Assembly (NCBI RefSeq): GCF_055900595.2
Contig: NZ_CM148325.1
Strand: one strand, 5' to 3'
Length of the DNA stretch: 64,000 nt
The notes beneath the pieces were generated by a model. The model was given only the letters and a program-made list of their open reading frames with translations, was not told the origin of the DNA and ran no database searches. Shown one piece after another: positions 1 to 11,800 of this stretch. A program made the position numbers and the translations under genes. Each line of letters starts with the position of its first letter. The stretch's first letter is position 1.

Positions 1-1110
1 CCGGCCTCCCGTTCTCACCGTTTCGGCTGGCAGGCTGAAGAAGCGGTAGATATCGCTCGTAATCAGATTGCCGATCTGGTTGGCGCTGATCCGCGTGAAA
101 TTGTCTTTACCTCTGGTGCTACCGAATCTGACAACCTGGCGATCAAAGGTGCTGCTAACTTTTATCAGAAAAAAGGCAAGCACATCATCACCAGCAAAAC
201 CGAACACAAAGCGGTACTGGATACCTGCCGTCAACTGGAGCGCGAAGGTTTTGAAGTCACTTACCTGGCACCGCAGCGTAACGGTATTATCGACCTGAAA
301 GAACTCGAAGCAGCGATGCGTGATGACACCATCCTTGTTTCCATCATGCACGTAAATAACGAAATCGGCGTGGTGCAGGATATCGCGGCTATCGGTGAAA
401 TGTGCCGTGCTCGTGGCATTATCTATCACGTTGATGCAACCCAGAGCGTGGGCAAACTGCCTATCGACCTGAGCCAGTTGAAAGTTGACCTGATGTCTTT
501 CTCCGGTCACAAAATCTACGGCCCGAAAGGTATCGGTGCGCTGTATGTGCGTCGTAAACCGCGCGTACGTATCGAAGCACAAATGCACGGCGGCGGTCAC
601 GAGCGCGGTATGCGTTCCGGTACTCTGCCTGTTCACCAGATCGTCGGTATGGGCGAAGCCTATCGCATCGCAAAAGAAGAGATGGCGACCGAGATGGAAC
701 GTCTGCGCGGCCTGCGTAACCGTCTGTGGAACGGCATCAAAGATATCGAAGAAGTTTACCTGAACGGTGACCTGGAACACGGTGCGCCGAACATTCTCAA
801 CGTCAGCTTTAATTACGTTGAAGGTGAGTCGCTGATTATGGCGCTGAAAGACCTTGCGGTTTCTTCCGGTTCTGCCTGTACGTCAGCAAGCCTCGAACCG
901 TCCTACGTGCTGCGCGCGCTGGGGCTGAACGACGAGCTGGCACATAGCTCTATCCGTTTCTCTTTAGGTCGTTTTACTACTGAAGAAGAGATCGACTACA
1001 CCATCGAGTTAGTTCGTAAATCCATCGGTCGTCTGCGTGACCTTTCTCCGCTGTGGGAAATGTACAAGCAGGGCGTGGATCTGAACAGCATCGAATGGGC
1101 ACATCATTAA
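1..1110 (+). CDS. iscS: cysteine desulfurase IscS (5' end cut by window edge)
   Basis: Frame-1 translation from nt 1 (..[41 protein letters not shown]..) runs uninterrupted into ORF 316..1110; followed by iscU-iscA-hscBA-fdx in the conserved isc order. Confidence 0.93.
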
Positions 1111-1137
1111 TCGGTATCGGAATCAGGAGAATTTATA

Positions 1138-1524
1138 ATGGCTTACAGCGAAAAAGTTATCGATCATTACGAGAATCCACGTAACGTGGGTTCCTTTGAC
1201 AACAACGACGAGAACGTGGGCAGCGGCATGGTGGGTGCACCGGCCTGTGGCGACGTGATGAAGTTGCAGATTAAAGTCAACGATGAAGGTATCATTGAAG
1301 ACGCGCGTTTTAAAACTTACGGCTGCGGTTCCGCTATCGCTTCCAGCTCCCTGGTCACCGAATGGGTGAAAGGGAAGTCTCTCGACGAAGCACAGGCGAT
1401 CAAAAACACCGATATTGCTGAAGAACTTGAACTGCCGCCGGTGAAAATTCACTGTTCTATTCTGGCAGAAGACGCGATCAAAGCCGCCATTGCGGACTAT
1501 AAAAGCAAACGTGAAGCAAAATAA
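1138..1524 (+). CDS. iscU: Fe-S cluster scaffold protein IscU
   Basis: 128-aa ORF with conserved GAPACGDVMKL and YGCGSAIASSS motifs; AGGAG SD upstream. Confidence 0.95.
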   Translation: MAYSEKVIDHYENPRNVGSFDNNDENVGSGMVGAPACGDVMKLQIKVNDEGIIEDARFKTYGCGSAIASSSLVTEWVKGKSLDEAQAIKNTDIAEELELPPVKIHCSILAEDAIKAAIADYKSKREAK

Positions 1525-1540
1525 GAGTTGAGGTTTGGTT

Positions 1541-1864
1541 ATGTCGATTACACTGAGCGACAGTGCAGCAGCGCGAGTAAATACCTTTCTGGCTAACCGC
1601 GGCAAAGGGTTTGGCCTGCGTCTGGGCGTGAGAACCTCCGGATGTTCAGGTATGGCTTATGTACTGGAATTTGTTGACGAACCGACGCCGGAAGACATCG
1701 TGTTTGAAGACAAAGGCGTGAAAGTCGTGGTCGATGGCAAAAGCCTGCAATTTCTGGACGGTACGCAACTGGATTTCGTAAAAGAAGGCCTGAACGAAGG
1801 GTTTAAATTTACCAACCCGAACGTCAAAGATGAGTGTGGTTGCGGCGAAAGCTTCCACGTTTGA
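1541..1864 (+). CDS. iscA: Fe-S cluster insertion protein IscA
   Basis: ORF 1535..1864; likely start at ATG 1541 (MSITLSD..), C-terminal CGCGESF motif typical of A-type carriers. Confidence 0.93.
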   Translation: MSITLSDSAAARVNTFLANRGKGFGLRLGVRTSGCSGMAYVLEFVDEPTPEDIVFEDKGVKVVVDGKSLQFLDGTQLDFVKEGLNEGFKFTNPNVKDECGCGESFHV

Positions 1865-1959
1865 TGCGCATACCGATAACCCCACCGTGGTCAGCTGCGC
1901 GTGGGGTTTGTTTTACCTGATTCGTCGTTATTGCGGCGGATCGCAGCCCTGAGAATGTT

Positions 1960-2475
1960 ATGGATTACTTCACCCTCTTTGGCTTGCCTGCCCGTTATCA
2001 ACTCGATACCCAGGCACTGAGCCTGCGTTTTCAGGATCTACAACGTCAGTATCATCCTGATAAATTCGCCAGCGGAAGCCAGGCGGAACAACTCGCCGCC
2101 GTACAGCAATCTGCAACCATTAACCAGGCCTGGCAAACGCTGCGTCATCCGTTAATGCGCGCGGAATATTTACTTTCTTTGCACGGTTTTGATCTCGCCA
2201 GCGAGCAGCATACTGTGCGCGACACCGCGTTCCTGATGGAACAGCTGGAGCTTCGCGAAGAACTGGACGAGATCGAACAGGCGAAAGATGAAGCGCGGCT
2301 GGAAAGCTTTATCAAACGTGTGAAAAAGATGTTTGATACCCGCCATCAGTTGATGGTTGAACAGTTAGACAACGAGACGTGGGACGCGGCGGCGGATACC
2401 GTGCGTAAGCTGCGTTTTCTCGATAAACTGCGAAGCAGTGCCGAACAACTCGAAGAAAAACTGCTCGATTTTTAA
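1960..2475 (+). CDS. hscB: J-domain co-chaperone HscB
   Basis: 171-aa ORF with HPD J-domain motif (QRQYHPDKF), position between iscA and hscA. Confidence 0.92.
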   Translation: MDYFTLFGLPARYQLDTQALSLRFQDLQRQYHPDKFASGSQAEQLAAVQQSATINQAWQTLRHPLMRAEYLLSLHGFDLASEQHTVRDTAFLMEQLELREELDEIEQAKDEARLESFIKRVKKMFDTRHQLMVEQLDNETWDAAADTVRKLRFLDKLRSSAEQLEEKLLDF

Positions 2476-2491
2476 TTTCTGGAAGCTAAAC

Positions 2492-4342
2492 ATGGCCTTA
2501 TTACAAATTAGTGAACCTGGTTTGAGTGCTGCGCCGCATCAGCGTCGTCTGGCGGCCGGTATTGACCTGGGCACAACCAACTCGCTGGTGGCGACAGTGC
2601 GCAGCGGTCAGGCCGAAACGTTAGCCGACCATGAAGGCCGTCACCTGCTGCCCTCTGTTGTTCACTATCAACAGCAGGGGCATTCGGTGGGTTATGACGC
2701 GCGCACTAACGCAGCGCTTGACACCGCCAACACCATTAGTTCTGTTAAACGCCTGATGGGGCGCTCGCTGGCTGATATCCAGCAACGCTACCCGCATTTG
2801 CCTTATCAATTCCAGGCCAGCGAAAACGGCTTGCCGATGATTGAAACAGCAGCGGGATTGCTGAATCCGGTGCGCGTTTCTGCGGACATCCTCAAAGCAC
2901 TGGCGGCGCGGGCAACTGAAGCCCTGGCAGGCGACTTGGATGGTGTCGTTATCACCGTTCCGGCGTACTTTGACGATGCCCAGCGTCAGGGCACCAAAGA
3001 CGCGGCGCGTCTGGCTGGGCTGCATGTTCTGCGCTTGCTTAACGAACCGACCGCTGCGGCTATCGCCTACGGGCTGGATTCCGGTCAGGAAGGCGTGATC
3101 GCTGTTTATGACCTCGGTGGCGGGACGTTTGATATTTCCATTCTGCGCTTAAGTCGCGGCGTGTTCGAAGTGCTGGCGACCGGCGGTGATTCCGCGCTCG
3201 GCGGCGATGACTTTGACCATCTGTTAGCAGATTACATTCGCGAACAGGCGGGCATTCCTGACCGTAGCGATAACCGCGTTCAGCGTGAACTGCTGGATGC
3301 CGCCATTGCGGCCAAAATCGCGCTGAGCGATGCGGACTCTGTGACCGTGAGTGTTGCGGGCTGGCAGGGTGAAATCAGCCGTGAACAATTCAACGAACTG
3401 ATCGCGCCATTGGTAAAACGAACCTTACTGGCTTGTCGTCGTGCGCTGAAAGACGCGGGCGTTGAGGCTGACGACGTACTGGAAGTGGTGATGGTTGGTG
3501 GTTCTACCCGCGTGCCGCTGGTGCGTGAACGGGTGGGTGAATTTTTCGGTCGTCCACCGCTGACTTCCATCGACCCGGATAAAGTCGTCGCTATTGGCGC
3601 GGCGATTCAGGCGGATATTCTGGTGGGTAACAAGCCGGACAGCGAAATGCTGTTGCTTGATGTGATCCCGCTGTCGCTGGGCCTCGAAACCATGGGTGGC
3701 CTGGTGGAGAAAGTGATCCCGCGTAACACCACAATTCCGGTGGCGCGCGCCCAGGATTTCACCACCTTTAAAGATGGTCAGACGGCGATGTCTATCCATG
3801 TAATGCAGGGTGAGCGTGAGCTGGTGCAGGACTGCCGCTCGCTGGCACGTTTTGCGCTGCGTGGTATTCCGGCGCTACCGGCTGGCGGCGCGCATATTCG
3901 CGTAACGTTTCAGGTCGATGCTGATGGTCTTTTGAGCGTGACGGCGATGGAGAAATCCACCGGCGTTGAGGCGTCTATTCAGGTTAAACCGTCTTATGGT
4001 CTGACCGACAGTGAAATCGCTTCGATGATCAAAGACTCAATGAGCTATGCCGAGCAGGACGTAAAAGCCCGTATGCTGGCTGAACAAAAAGTAGAAGCGG
4101 CGCGTGTGCTGGAAAGTTTGCACGGCGCGCTGGCTGCTGATGCCGCGCTGTTAAGCGCCCCAGAGCGTCAGGTCATTGACGATGCTGCCGCTCACCTGAG
4201 TGAAGTGGCGCAGGGCGATGATGTTGACGCCATCGAACAAGCGATTAAAAACGTAGACAAACAAACCCAGGATTTCGCCGCTCGCCGCATGGACCAGTCG
4301 GTTCGTCGTGCGCTGAAGGGCCATTCCGTGGACGAGGTTTAA
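2492..4342 (+). CDS. hscA: Hsp70-family chaperone HscA
   Basis: ORF 2438..4342; Hsp70 signatures ([17 protein letters not shown]); probable start MALLQISEP at 2492. Confidence 0.93.
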   Translation: MALLQISEPGLSAAPHQRRLAAGIDLGTTNSLVATVRSGQAETLADHEGRHLLPSVVHYQQQGHSVGYDARTNAALDTANTISSVKRLMGRSLADIQQRYPHLPYQFQASENGLPMIETAAGLLNPVRVSADILKALAARATEALAGDLDGVVITVPAYFDDAQRQGTKDAARLAGLHVLRLLNEPTAAAIAYGLDSGQEGVIAVYDLGGGTFDISILRLSRGVFEVLATGGDSALGGDDFDHLLADYIREQAGIPDRSDNRVQRELLDAAIAAKIALSDADSVTVSVAGWQGEISREQFNELIAPLVKRTLLACRRALKDAGVEADDVLEVVMVGGSTRVPLVRERVGEFFGRPPLTSIDPDKVVAIGAAIQADILVGNKPDSEMLLLDVIPLSLGLETMGGLVEKVIPRNTTIPVARAQDFTTFKDGQTAMSIHVMQGERELVQDCRSLARFALRGIPALPAGGAHIRVTFQVDADGLLSVTAMEKSTGVEASIQVKPSYGLTDSEIASMIKDSMSYAEQDVKARMLAEQKVEAARVLESLHGALAADAALLSAPERQVIDDAAAHLSEVAQGDDVDAIEQAIKNVDKQTQDFAARRMDQSVRRALKGHSVDEV

Positions 4343-4343
4343 T

Positions 4344-4679
4344 ATGCCAAAGATTGTTATTTTGCCTCATCAGGATCTCTGTCCTGATGGCGCTGTTCTG
4401 GAAGCGAATAGCGGTGAAACCATTCTCGACGTTGCGCTGCGTAACGGCATCGAGATTGAACACGCCTGTGAAAAATCCTGTGCTTGCACCACCTGCCACT
4501 GCATCGTTCGTGAAGGTTTTGATTCGCTGCCGGAAAGCTCAGAGCAGGAAGACGACATGCTGGACAAAGCCTGGGGGCTGGAGCCGGAAAGCCGTTTAAG
4601 CTGCCAGGCGCGCGTTACCGACGAAGATTTAGTGGTCGAAATCCCGCGTTACACTATCAACCATGCGCGTGAGCATTAA
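4344..4679 (+). CDS. fdx: [2Fe-2S] ferredoxin Fdx
   Basis: 111-aa ORF with cysteine cluster [12 protein letters not shown], immediately after hscA. Confidence 0.93.
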
Positions 4680-4690
4680 CAGAGGTTAGT

Positions 4691-4891
4691 ATGGGACTTA
4701 AGTGGACCGATAGCCGCGAAATTGGCGAAGCACTGTACGATGCGTATCCGGATCTTGATCCGAAAACGGTTCGATTCACCGATATGCATCAGTGGATTTG
4801 CGATCTGGAAGATTTCGACGACGACCCGCAGGCATCGAACGAGAAAATCCTCGAAGCGATTTTATTAGTCTGGCTGGACGAAGCCGAGTGA
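4691..4891 (+). CDS. iscX: Fe-S assembly protein IscX (YfhJ)
   Basis: 66-aa acidic ORF closing the isc operon. Confidence 0.88.
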
Positions 4892-5068
4892 TTTCCGCGT
4901 CATGCTTCACGCCGCAGATGCGTTGGCTGCGCTCGTTCACCCCAGTCACATAGTTATCTATGCTCCTGGGGCTTCACTCACTTGCCGCCTTCCTGCAACG
5001 CGAATCATTTAGCGGAAAAATCCTGGGGCTGCCAACTGGCGGCCCTTTTACAAATAAGGATAACTAAA

Positions 5069-6352
5069 ATGACAGAAGCGATGAAGATTACCCTCTCGAC
5101 CCAACCTGCCGACGCGCGCTGGGGAGAAAAAGCAACTTACAGCATTAATAATGACGGCATTACCCTGCATTTGAACGGGGCAGACGATCTGGGGCTGATC
5201 CAGCGTGCGGCGCGCAAGATTGACGGTCTGGGCATCAAGCATGTTCAGCTAAGCGGTGATGGCTGGGATGCGGATCGTTGCTGGGCATTCTGGCAAGGTT
5301 ACAAAGCCCCGAAAGGCACGCGTAAAGTGGAGTGGCCGGATCTGGACGATGCCCAGCGTCAGGAATTGGATAACCGCCTGATGATCATCGACTGGGTGCG
5401 TGACACCATCAACGCACCGGCAGAAGAACTGGGGCCATCGCAACTGGCACAGCGTGCTGTTGATCTGATCAGCAACGTCGCAGGCGATCGTGTGACTTAC
5501 CGGATCACCAAAGGTGAAGATCTTCGTGATCAAGGTTATATGGGGCTGCACACTGTCGGGCGTGGTTCAGAACGTTCCCCGGTATTGCTGGCGCTGGATT
5601 ACAACCCAACTGGCGATAAAGAAGCGCCGGTGTACGCGTGCCTGGTAGGTAAAGGCATCACCTTTGATTCCGGCGGCTACAGCATCAAACAGACCGCGTT
5701 TATGGACTCAATGAAGTCTGACATGGGCGGTGCGGCAACGGTTACCGGGGCGCTGGCATTTGCCATTACGCGCGGTCTGAACAAGCGTGTGAAGCTGTTC
5801 CTCTGCTGTGCGGATAACCTGATTAGCGGCAACGCGTTCAAACTGGGGGATATCATTACCTATCGCAACGGTAAAAAAGTCGAAGTCATGAACACCGATG
5901 CGGAAGGGCGTCTGGTTCTGGCAGATGGCCTGATTGACGCCAGTGCGCAGAAACCGGAACTGATTATCGATGCCGCGACACTCACCGGTGCGGCGAAAAC
6001 CGCGCTGGGTAATGATTATCACGCGCTGTTCAGTTTTGACGATGCGTTGGCCGGTCGCCTACTGGAGAGTGCCGCCCAGGAGAACGAACCGTTCTGGCGT
6101 CTGCCGCTGGCGGAGTTCCACCGTAGCCAGCTGCCGTCTAACTTTGCGGAACTGAACAATACCGGAAGCGCGGCGTATCCGGCGGGTGCAAGTACGGCGG
6201 CGGGCTTCCTGTCGCACTTTGTTGAGAACTATAAACAAGGTTGGCTGCATATCGACTGTTCGGCGACTTACCGTAAAGCACCGGTTGAACAGTGGTCTGC
6301 GGGTGCGACCGGGCTGGGTGTGCGCACGATTGCTAATCTGTTAACGGCGTAA
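5069..6352 (+). CDS. pepB: peptidase B (M17 aminopeptidase)
   Basis: ORF 4982..6352; probable start MTEAMKITL at 5069; M17 leucyl aminopeptidase signature [12 protein letters not shown]. Confidence 0.9.
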   Translation: MTEAMKITLSTQPADARWGEKATYSINNDGITLHLNGADDLGLIQRAARKIDGLGIKHVQLSGDGWDADRCWAFWQGYKAPKGTRKVEWPDLDDAQRQELDNRLMIIDWVRDTINAPAEELGPSQLAQRAVDLISNVAGDRVTYRITKGEDLRDQGYMGLHTVGRGSERSPVLLALDYNPTGDKEAPVYACLVGKGITFDSGGYSIKQTAFMDSMKSDMGGAATVTGALAFAITRGLNKRVKLFLCCADNLISGNAFKLGDIITYRNGKKVEVMNTDAEGRLVLADGLIDASAQKPELIIDAATLTGAAKTALGNDYHALFSFDDALAGRLLESAAQENEPFWRLPLAEFHRSQLPSNFAELNNTGSAAYPAGASTAAGFLSHFVENYKQGWLHIDCSATYRKAPVEQWSAGATGLGVRTIANLLTA

Positions 6353-6359
6353 ACTAATA

Positions 6360-6460
6360 TGCCGGATGCGGCGTAAACGCCTTATCCGGCTTACAAAGTA
6401 TTGTGAATTCAAAAAATTGCGATTCCCTTGTAGGCCTGATAAGCGTAGCGCATCAGGCAC
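6360..6460. repeat. REP/BIME-type extragenic palindromic elements
   Basis: Two imperfect palindromes of the GCCGGATGCGGCG..CGCCTTATCCGGC / TAGGCCTGATAAGCG..CGCATCAGGC type in the pepB-sseB intergenic region. Confidence 0.7.
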
Positions 6461-6494
6461 TTGTGCCCCGAACGTTGAATGAATTGTGGTTCTT

Positions 6495-7271
6495 ATGTCC
6501 GAAACAAAAAACGAACTTGAAGAGCTGCTGGAAAAAGCAGCAACTGAACCGGCGCACCGCCCGGCCTTTTTCCGTACTCTACTGGAATCCACTGTCTGGG
6601 TACCAGGTACGGCGGCGCAGGGCGAGGCAGTGGCTGAAGATAGCGCGCTTGATTTACAGCACTGGGAAAAAGAAGACGGTACCAGCGTCATTCCTTTTTT
6701 CACCTCGTTAGAAGCACTGCAACAGGCGGTTGAAGACGAACAGGCGTTTGTCGTAATGCCCGTTCGCACATTGTTTGAGATGACCCTTGGCGAAACGCTC
6801 TTCCTTAATGCCAAACTGCCAATCGGTAAAGAATTTATGCCGCGTGAAATCAGTTTGTTGATTGGTGAAGAAGGAAATCCGCTGAGTAGTCAGGAAGTAC
6901 TGGAAGGCGGCGAATCGCTGATATTATCGGAAGTCGCAGAGCCGCCAGCACAAATGATTGATTCACTTACCACCTTATTTAAAACCATTAAGCCGGTGAA
7001 GCGTGCTTTTATTTGTTCAATTAAAGAGAACGAAGAGGCACAGCCTAATTTACTTATTGGCATTGAAGCCGATGGCGATATCGAAGAAATTATTCAGGCG
7101 GCGGGAAGTGTAGCGACCGATACATTACCTGGTGATGAACCAATAGATATTTGCCAGGTGAAAAAAGGGGAAAAAGGAATTAGCCACTTTATTACCGAAC
7201 ATATTGCGCCATTCTATGAACGTCGTTGGGGTGGATTCCTGCGTGATTTTAAACAGAATCGAATAATTTAA
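6495..7271 (+). CDS. sseB: serine-sensitivity enhancing protein SseB
   Basis: ORF 6486..7271; start likely MSETKNELEEL at 6495; conserved position between pepB and sseA. Confidence 0.85.
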   Translation: MSETKNELEELLEKAATEPAHRPAFFRTLLESTVWVPGTAAQGEAVAEDSALDLQHWEKEDGTSVIPFFTSLEALQQAVEDEQAFVVMPVRTLFEMTLGETLFLNAKLPIGKEFMPREISLLIGEEGNPLSSQEVLEGGESLILSEVAEPPAQMIDSLTTLFKTIKPVKRAFICSIKENEEAQPNLLIGIEADGDIEEIIQAAGSVATDTLPGDEPIDICQVKKGEKGISHFITEHIAPFYERRWGGFLRDFKQNRII

Positions 7272-7720
7272 AATATGCCGCCCCAAAGGGCGGCATTCGG
7301 GCTTACTTGCTGTTCTGAAGGTTGTTAACCATCAGTAAATTGTTGCCGGAGGGACTCCGGTTATTATTTACCTCGGTTAACAGCGCACCAGAAACAATAA
7401 GTACGATACAGAAGCACCGTATCTTCATTGTGCGGTCCATGCGAAGACCGCATCACGACAGCACCACTGGCGATATTGCCGCGATAGCAAGCGCTGTGGG
7501 GTGCCTGCATTTACGGTCATGGAACATCCTTTCCTAAAGCCAGCGCCCGTTTGCGAGACGGCGAAAAGGGCCGTCACGAATAATACTCTCATATTTGAAT
7601 AATTACTCTATTTATTATCTTGACTTAGCCAGGCATAAAAGAGAGTATTTCAACACTGTGGGGTGCCTGCGTTGCTCCGGCAACACAAGTCAACCTGCTG
7701 GAAAGGCCGCGAACCAGACC
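7272..7720. ncRNA. ryfA: ryfA-like small RNA / possible type I toxin locus; strand and ends uncertain
   Basis: ~500 bp non-coding gap between convergent sseB and sseA, the conserved position of RyfA; flanked by hairpin terminators; contains a 15-bp direct repeat CTGTGGGGTGCCTGC (7494..7508 and 7656..7670) and a small hydrophobic ORF on the minus strand (7303..7440). Confidence 0.35.
7275..7296. terminator. hairpin terminator after sseB, possibly bidirectional
   Basis: Perfect 9-bp stem ATGCCGCCC / GGGCGGCAT with 4-nt loop; the minus strand has a U-rich run immediately after the stem. Confidence 0.55.
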
Positions 7721-7723
7721 AGC

Positions 7724-7757
7724 AATAAAAAACCGCCAAATTTGGCGGTTTTTTATT
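7724..7757. terminator. bidirectional rho-independent terminator downstream of sseA
   Basis: AATAAAAAA-CCGCCAAATTTGGCGG-TTTTTTATT: GC stem flanked by A-run and T-run, directly after the sseA stop. Confidence 0.8.
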
Positions 7758-7770
7758 GCCTGTAAAAAGC

Positions 7771-8616
7771 TTATTTCTCTGGCTCAACCGGTAAATCGGC
7801 CCGTGCGCCCCATTCACTCCATGCGCCGTCGTATAGTTTCACGTTTGGCACATCCAGCGTCGCGAGTGCCAATAAAACCACGGCTGCTGTTACACCAGAA
7901 CCGCAGCTGACGATAATTGGTTTGTCGTAGCTGACACCGCGACCAAAAAATATCGCATCCAGTTCATCGGTCGTTTTTAGTTCGCCTTCACGGACCAGTT
8001 CCGTCCACGGAACGTTCAATGCACCGGGAATATGTCCGCGACGTAAACCTGGGCGAGGTTCATCAACTTCTGCGTTAAAACGTGTAGCCGGGCGGGCATC
8101 AATAATTTGCGCCGTATTTTCATGGCTTGCCAATAATACATCGGTTACTTTCACCACGGCTTCAGGATTAAACGCGGCGTTAAACTCTCCTTCCGGCAGC
8201 TCTACTGCGCCTTCTTCTAATAGCAGATCATCACGCTGCCAGCCTGCAAGTCCACCACCCAGAATCGACACTTTCTCTACACCAAAGGTGCGCAGCATCC
8301 ACCATGCGCGTGGGGCTGAGAAAAGATTACCTTCGTCATAGACAATCAGGTGCTTATCCTGGTTAACGCCTAACTCACGCATTGCAACGGCGAACGTTTC
8401 CGGGCGCGGCAGCATGTGCGGAAGCGGGGAAGTGTGATCAGAAAGCGCTTCGATATCAAAAAACACTGCGCCGGGAATATGTCCATTCAGATACTCCTGG
8501 GCAACGTTACGATCTTCCTGTCCAGGCGGTGCCATGCGGGCATCGATAATCTGAATTTCCGGGTCATCAATATGTTCGGCGAGCCAGTCGGCTCCTACAA
8601 ACCATGTCGTGGACAT
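7771..8616 (-). CDS. sseA: 3-mercaptopyruvate sulfurtransferase (tandem rhodanese)
   Basis: ORF 7771..8628; likely start MSTTWFVGADW at 8616; active-site motif CGSGVTA. Confidence 0.9.
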   Translation of the reverse strand: MSTTWFVGADWLAEHIDDPEIQIIDARMAPPGQEDRNVAQEYLNGHIPGAVFFDIEALSDHTSPLPHMLPRPETFAVAMRELGVNQDKHLIVYDEGNLFSAPRAWWMLRTFGVEKVSILGGGLAGWQRDDLLLEEGAVELPEGEFNAAFNPEAVVKVTDVLLASHENTAQIIDARPATRFNAEVDEPRPGLRRGHIPGALNVPWTELVREGELKTTDELDAIFFGRGVSYDKPIIVSCGSGVTAAVVLLALATLDVPNVKLYDGAWSEWGARADLPVEPEK

Positions 8617-8821
8617 AGGCATCTCCATTTTTGCCGGGTTAGGCTAAATTGTCGGATGTTTGGTGAAAAGCGACAAGCAAAAGAGGCTGATTTGGCTGTC
8701 TGAGCCACAATTCTCACTAAAATTCGGATTCCATGAGCGCGATACTGAATTACATAACGTAAATTCTCACGCATAATAATTATTCGACGTTGCTAACGGG
8801 CCATTGTGGCAGGGATGAAAA

Positions 8822-11800
8822 ATGAAAAAGTTACGCGTAGCCGCCTGCATGCTAATGCTGGCGCTGGCAGGGTGCGACAACAACGATAACGCGCCAACAG
8901 CGGTGAAAAAAGATGCACCTTCTGAAGTTACTAAAGCGGCATCTTCAGAAAACGCGAGTTCAGCAAAACTCTCTGCACCGGAGCGACAAAAACTGGCACA
9001 ACAGAGTGCCGGTAAGGCGCTGACATTGCTGGATCTGTCTGAAGTCCAACTCGATGGCGCAGCCACGCTGGTGCTGACTTTCTCTATCCCTCTCGACCCG
9101 GATCAGGATTTCTCGCGCGTTATTCACGTCGTCGATAAAAAGAGCGGCAAAGTGGATGGTGCCTGGGAGTTGTCAGATAATCTTAAAGAGCTGCGTTTAC
9201 GCCACCTCGAGCCGAAACGTGATTTGATCGTTACTATTGGCAAGGAGGTCAAGGCACTCAACAACGCAACCTTCAGTAAAGATTACGAAAAAACTATAAC
9301 TACCCGCGATATCCAGCCGAGCGTCGGTTTTGCCAGCCGTGGTTCGCTGCTGCCTGGAAAAGTTATTGAAGGGCTGCCGGTAATGGCGCTCAATGTTAAC
9401 AATGTCGATGTTAACTTCTTCCGTGTTAAGCCAGAATCTCTGCCAGCATTTATTAGCCAATGGGAATACCGAAATTCGCTGGCGAACTGGCAGTCAGACA
9501 AACTGCTGCAAATGGCGGATCTGGTTTATACCGGACGTTTTGATCTCAATCCTGCGCGTAACACCCGTGAAAAATTATTGCTGCCGCTGGGTGATATCAA
9601 ACCGCTTCAGCAGGCGGGTGTGTATCTGGCTGTGATGAATCAGGCTGGACGTTACGATTACAGTAATCCCGCGACGCTGTTTACATTAAGTGATATCGGC
9701 GTATCGGCCCACCGTTATCACAATCGTCTGGATATCTTTACCCAAAGCCTGGGAAACGGCGCGGCCCAGCAAGGAGTTGAAGTCTCATTATTAAATGAGA
9801 AAGGGCAGACTCTGACTCAGGCAACCAGTGACGCCCAGGGGCATGTGCAGCTGGAAAATGATAAAAACGCGGCATTACTGTTGGCGCGTAAAGACGGTCA
9901 GACAACGCTACTCGATTTAAAACTTCCGGCGCTGGACTTAGCAGAATTTAACATTGCTGGCGCGCCAGGCTATAACAAACAGTTTTTCATGTTTGGCCCG
10001 CGCGATCTTTATCGCCCGGGTGAAACAGTCATCCTTAATGGTTTATTGCGTGATGCAGACGGTAAAGCGTTGCCCGATCAACCCATCAAGCTGGACGTAA
10101 TTAAACCCGACGGGCAGGTACTCAGGAGCGTCGTTAGTCAGCCGGAGAATGGCCTCTATCACTTTACCTGGCCACTCGATAGTAATGCGGCCACCGGCAT
10201 GTGGCATATCCGAGCCAACACGGGCGATAACCAGTATCGGATGTGGGATTTCCACGTCGAAGATTTTATGCCAGAGCGCATGGCGCTGAATCTGACCGGT
10301 GAGAAAACCCCGTTAACGCCGAAAGATGAAGTGAAATTCTCCGTGGTGGGTTACTACCTGTACGGGGCGCCTGCTAATGGTAATACTTTGCAAGGGCAAC
10401 TTTTCCTGCGCCCACTGCGTGAAGCTGTGTCAGCCTTACCTGGTTTCGAATTCGGCGATATAGCTGCTGAAAACCTTTCGCGCACGCTGGATGAAGTTCA
10501 GTTGACGCTGGATGATAAAGGGCGCGGCGAAGTTTCTACAGAAAGCCAGTGGAAGGAAACGCATTCCCCATTACAGGTTATTTTCCAGGGCAGTTTGCTG
10601 GAGTCTGGCGGTCGCCCGGTGACGCGCCGTGCTGAGCAGGCTATCTGGCCTGCCGATGCATTGCCGGGGATCCGTCCGCAATTCGCCTCGAAATCGGTTT
10701 ACGATTATCGCACTGACAGTACGGTAAAACAGCCCATTGTTGATGAAGGCAGTAACGCCGCTTTTGACATCGTTTATAGCGATGCACAGGGCGTCAAAAA
10801 AGCTGTGTCTGGCTTACAAGTGCGCCTGATTCGCGAACGCCGCGATTACTACTGGAACTGGTCAGAAGATGAAGGCTGGCAGTCACAGTTTGATCAAAAA
10901 GATCTGATCGAAAATGAACAAACACTGGATCTTCAGGCTGATGAAACCGGTAAAGTCAGTTTCCCGGTAGAGTGGGGCGCTTATCGTCTGGAAGTCAAAG
11001 CGCCGAATGAAGCGGTCAGTAGTGTGCGTTTCTGGGCTGGCTATAGCTGGCAGGACAATAGCGACGGTAGCGGTGCTGTGCGACCAGACCGTGTCACGCT
11101 GAAACTGGATAAAGCCAGTTATCGCCCTGGTGATACCATTAAGTTGCACATTGCCGCACCAACGGCGGGTAAAGGCTATGCGATGGTCGAGTCCAGTGAA
11201 GGGCCGCTGTGGTGGCAGGAGATTGATGTTCCGGCACAAGGGCTGGATCTGACGATTCCGGTCGATAAAACCTGGAATCGTCATGATCTTTATTTAAGTA
11301 CGCTGGTGGTACGTCCTGGCGATAAATCTCGCTCCGCGACGCCAAAACGCGCAGTTGGCGTGTTGCATTTGCCGCTTGGCGATGAAAACCGTCGTCTCGA
11401 TCTGGCGCTGGAAACTCCAGCGAAAATACGCCCCAATCAGCCATTAACCGTGAAAATTAAAGCCAGCAATAAAAATGGTGAGATGCCAAAACAGGTGAAT
11501 GTGCTGGTGTCTGCGGTTGATAGCGGTGTGCTGAATATTACTGATTATGTCACGCCAGATCCGTGGCAGGCATTCTTTGGTCAGAAACGCTATGGCGCAG
11601 ATATTTACGATATTTACGGTCAGGTTATTGAAGGTCAGGGGCGTCTGGCAGCTCTGCGTTTTGGTGGCGATGGTGATGAACTGAAACGCGGTGGTAAACC
11701 GCCAGTAAATCACGTCAATATTGTTGCGCAACAGGCGCTACCGGTAACACTCAACGAACAGGGCGAAGGCACGGTTACATTGCCGATTGGTGATTTTAAC

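Noticed and set aside
68-298. 76-aa ORF at the start of the window
   Set aside because: Out-of-frame overlap with the continuous iscS reading frame, which runs from nt 1; spurious.
4892-5068. Possible small gene or sRNA between iscX and pepB
   Set aside because: Region is short and the upstream part of the pepB ORF frame (4982..5068) lacks a convincing start; treated as pepB 5' leader/promoter.
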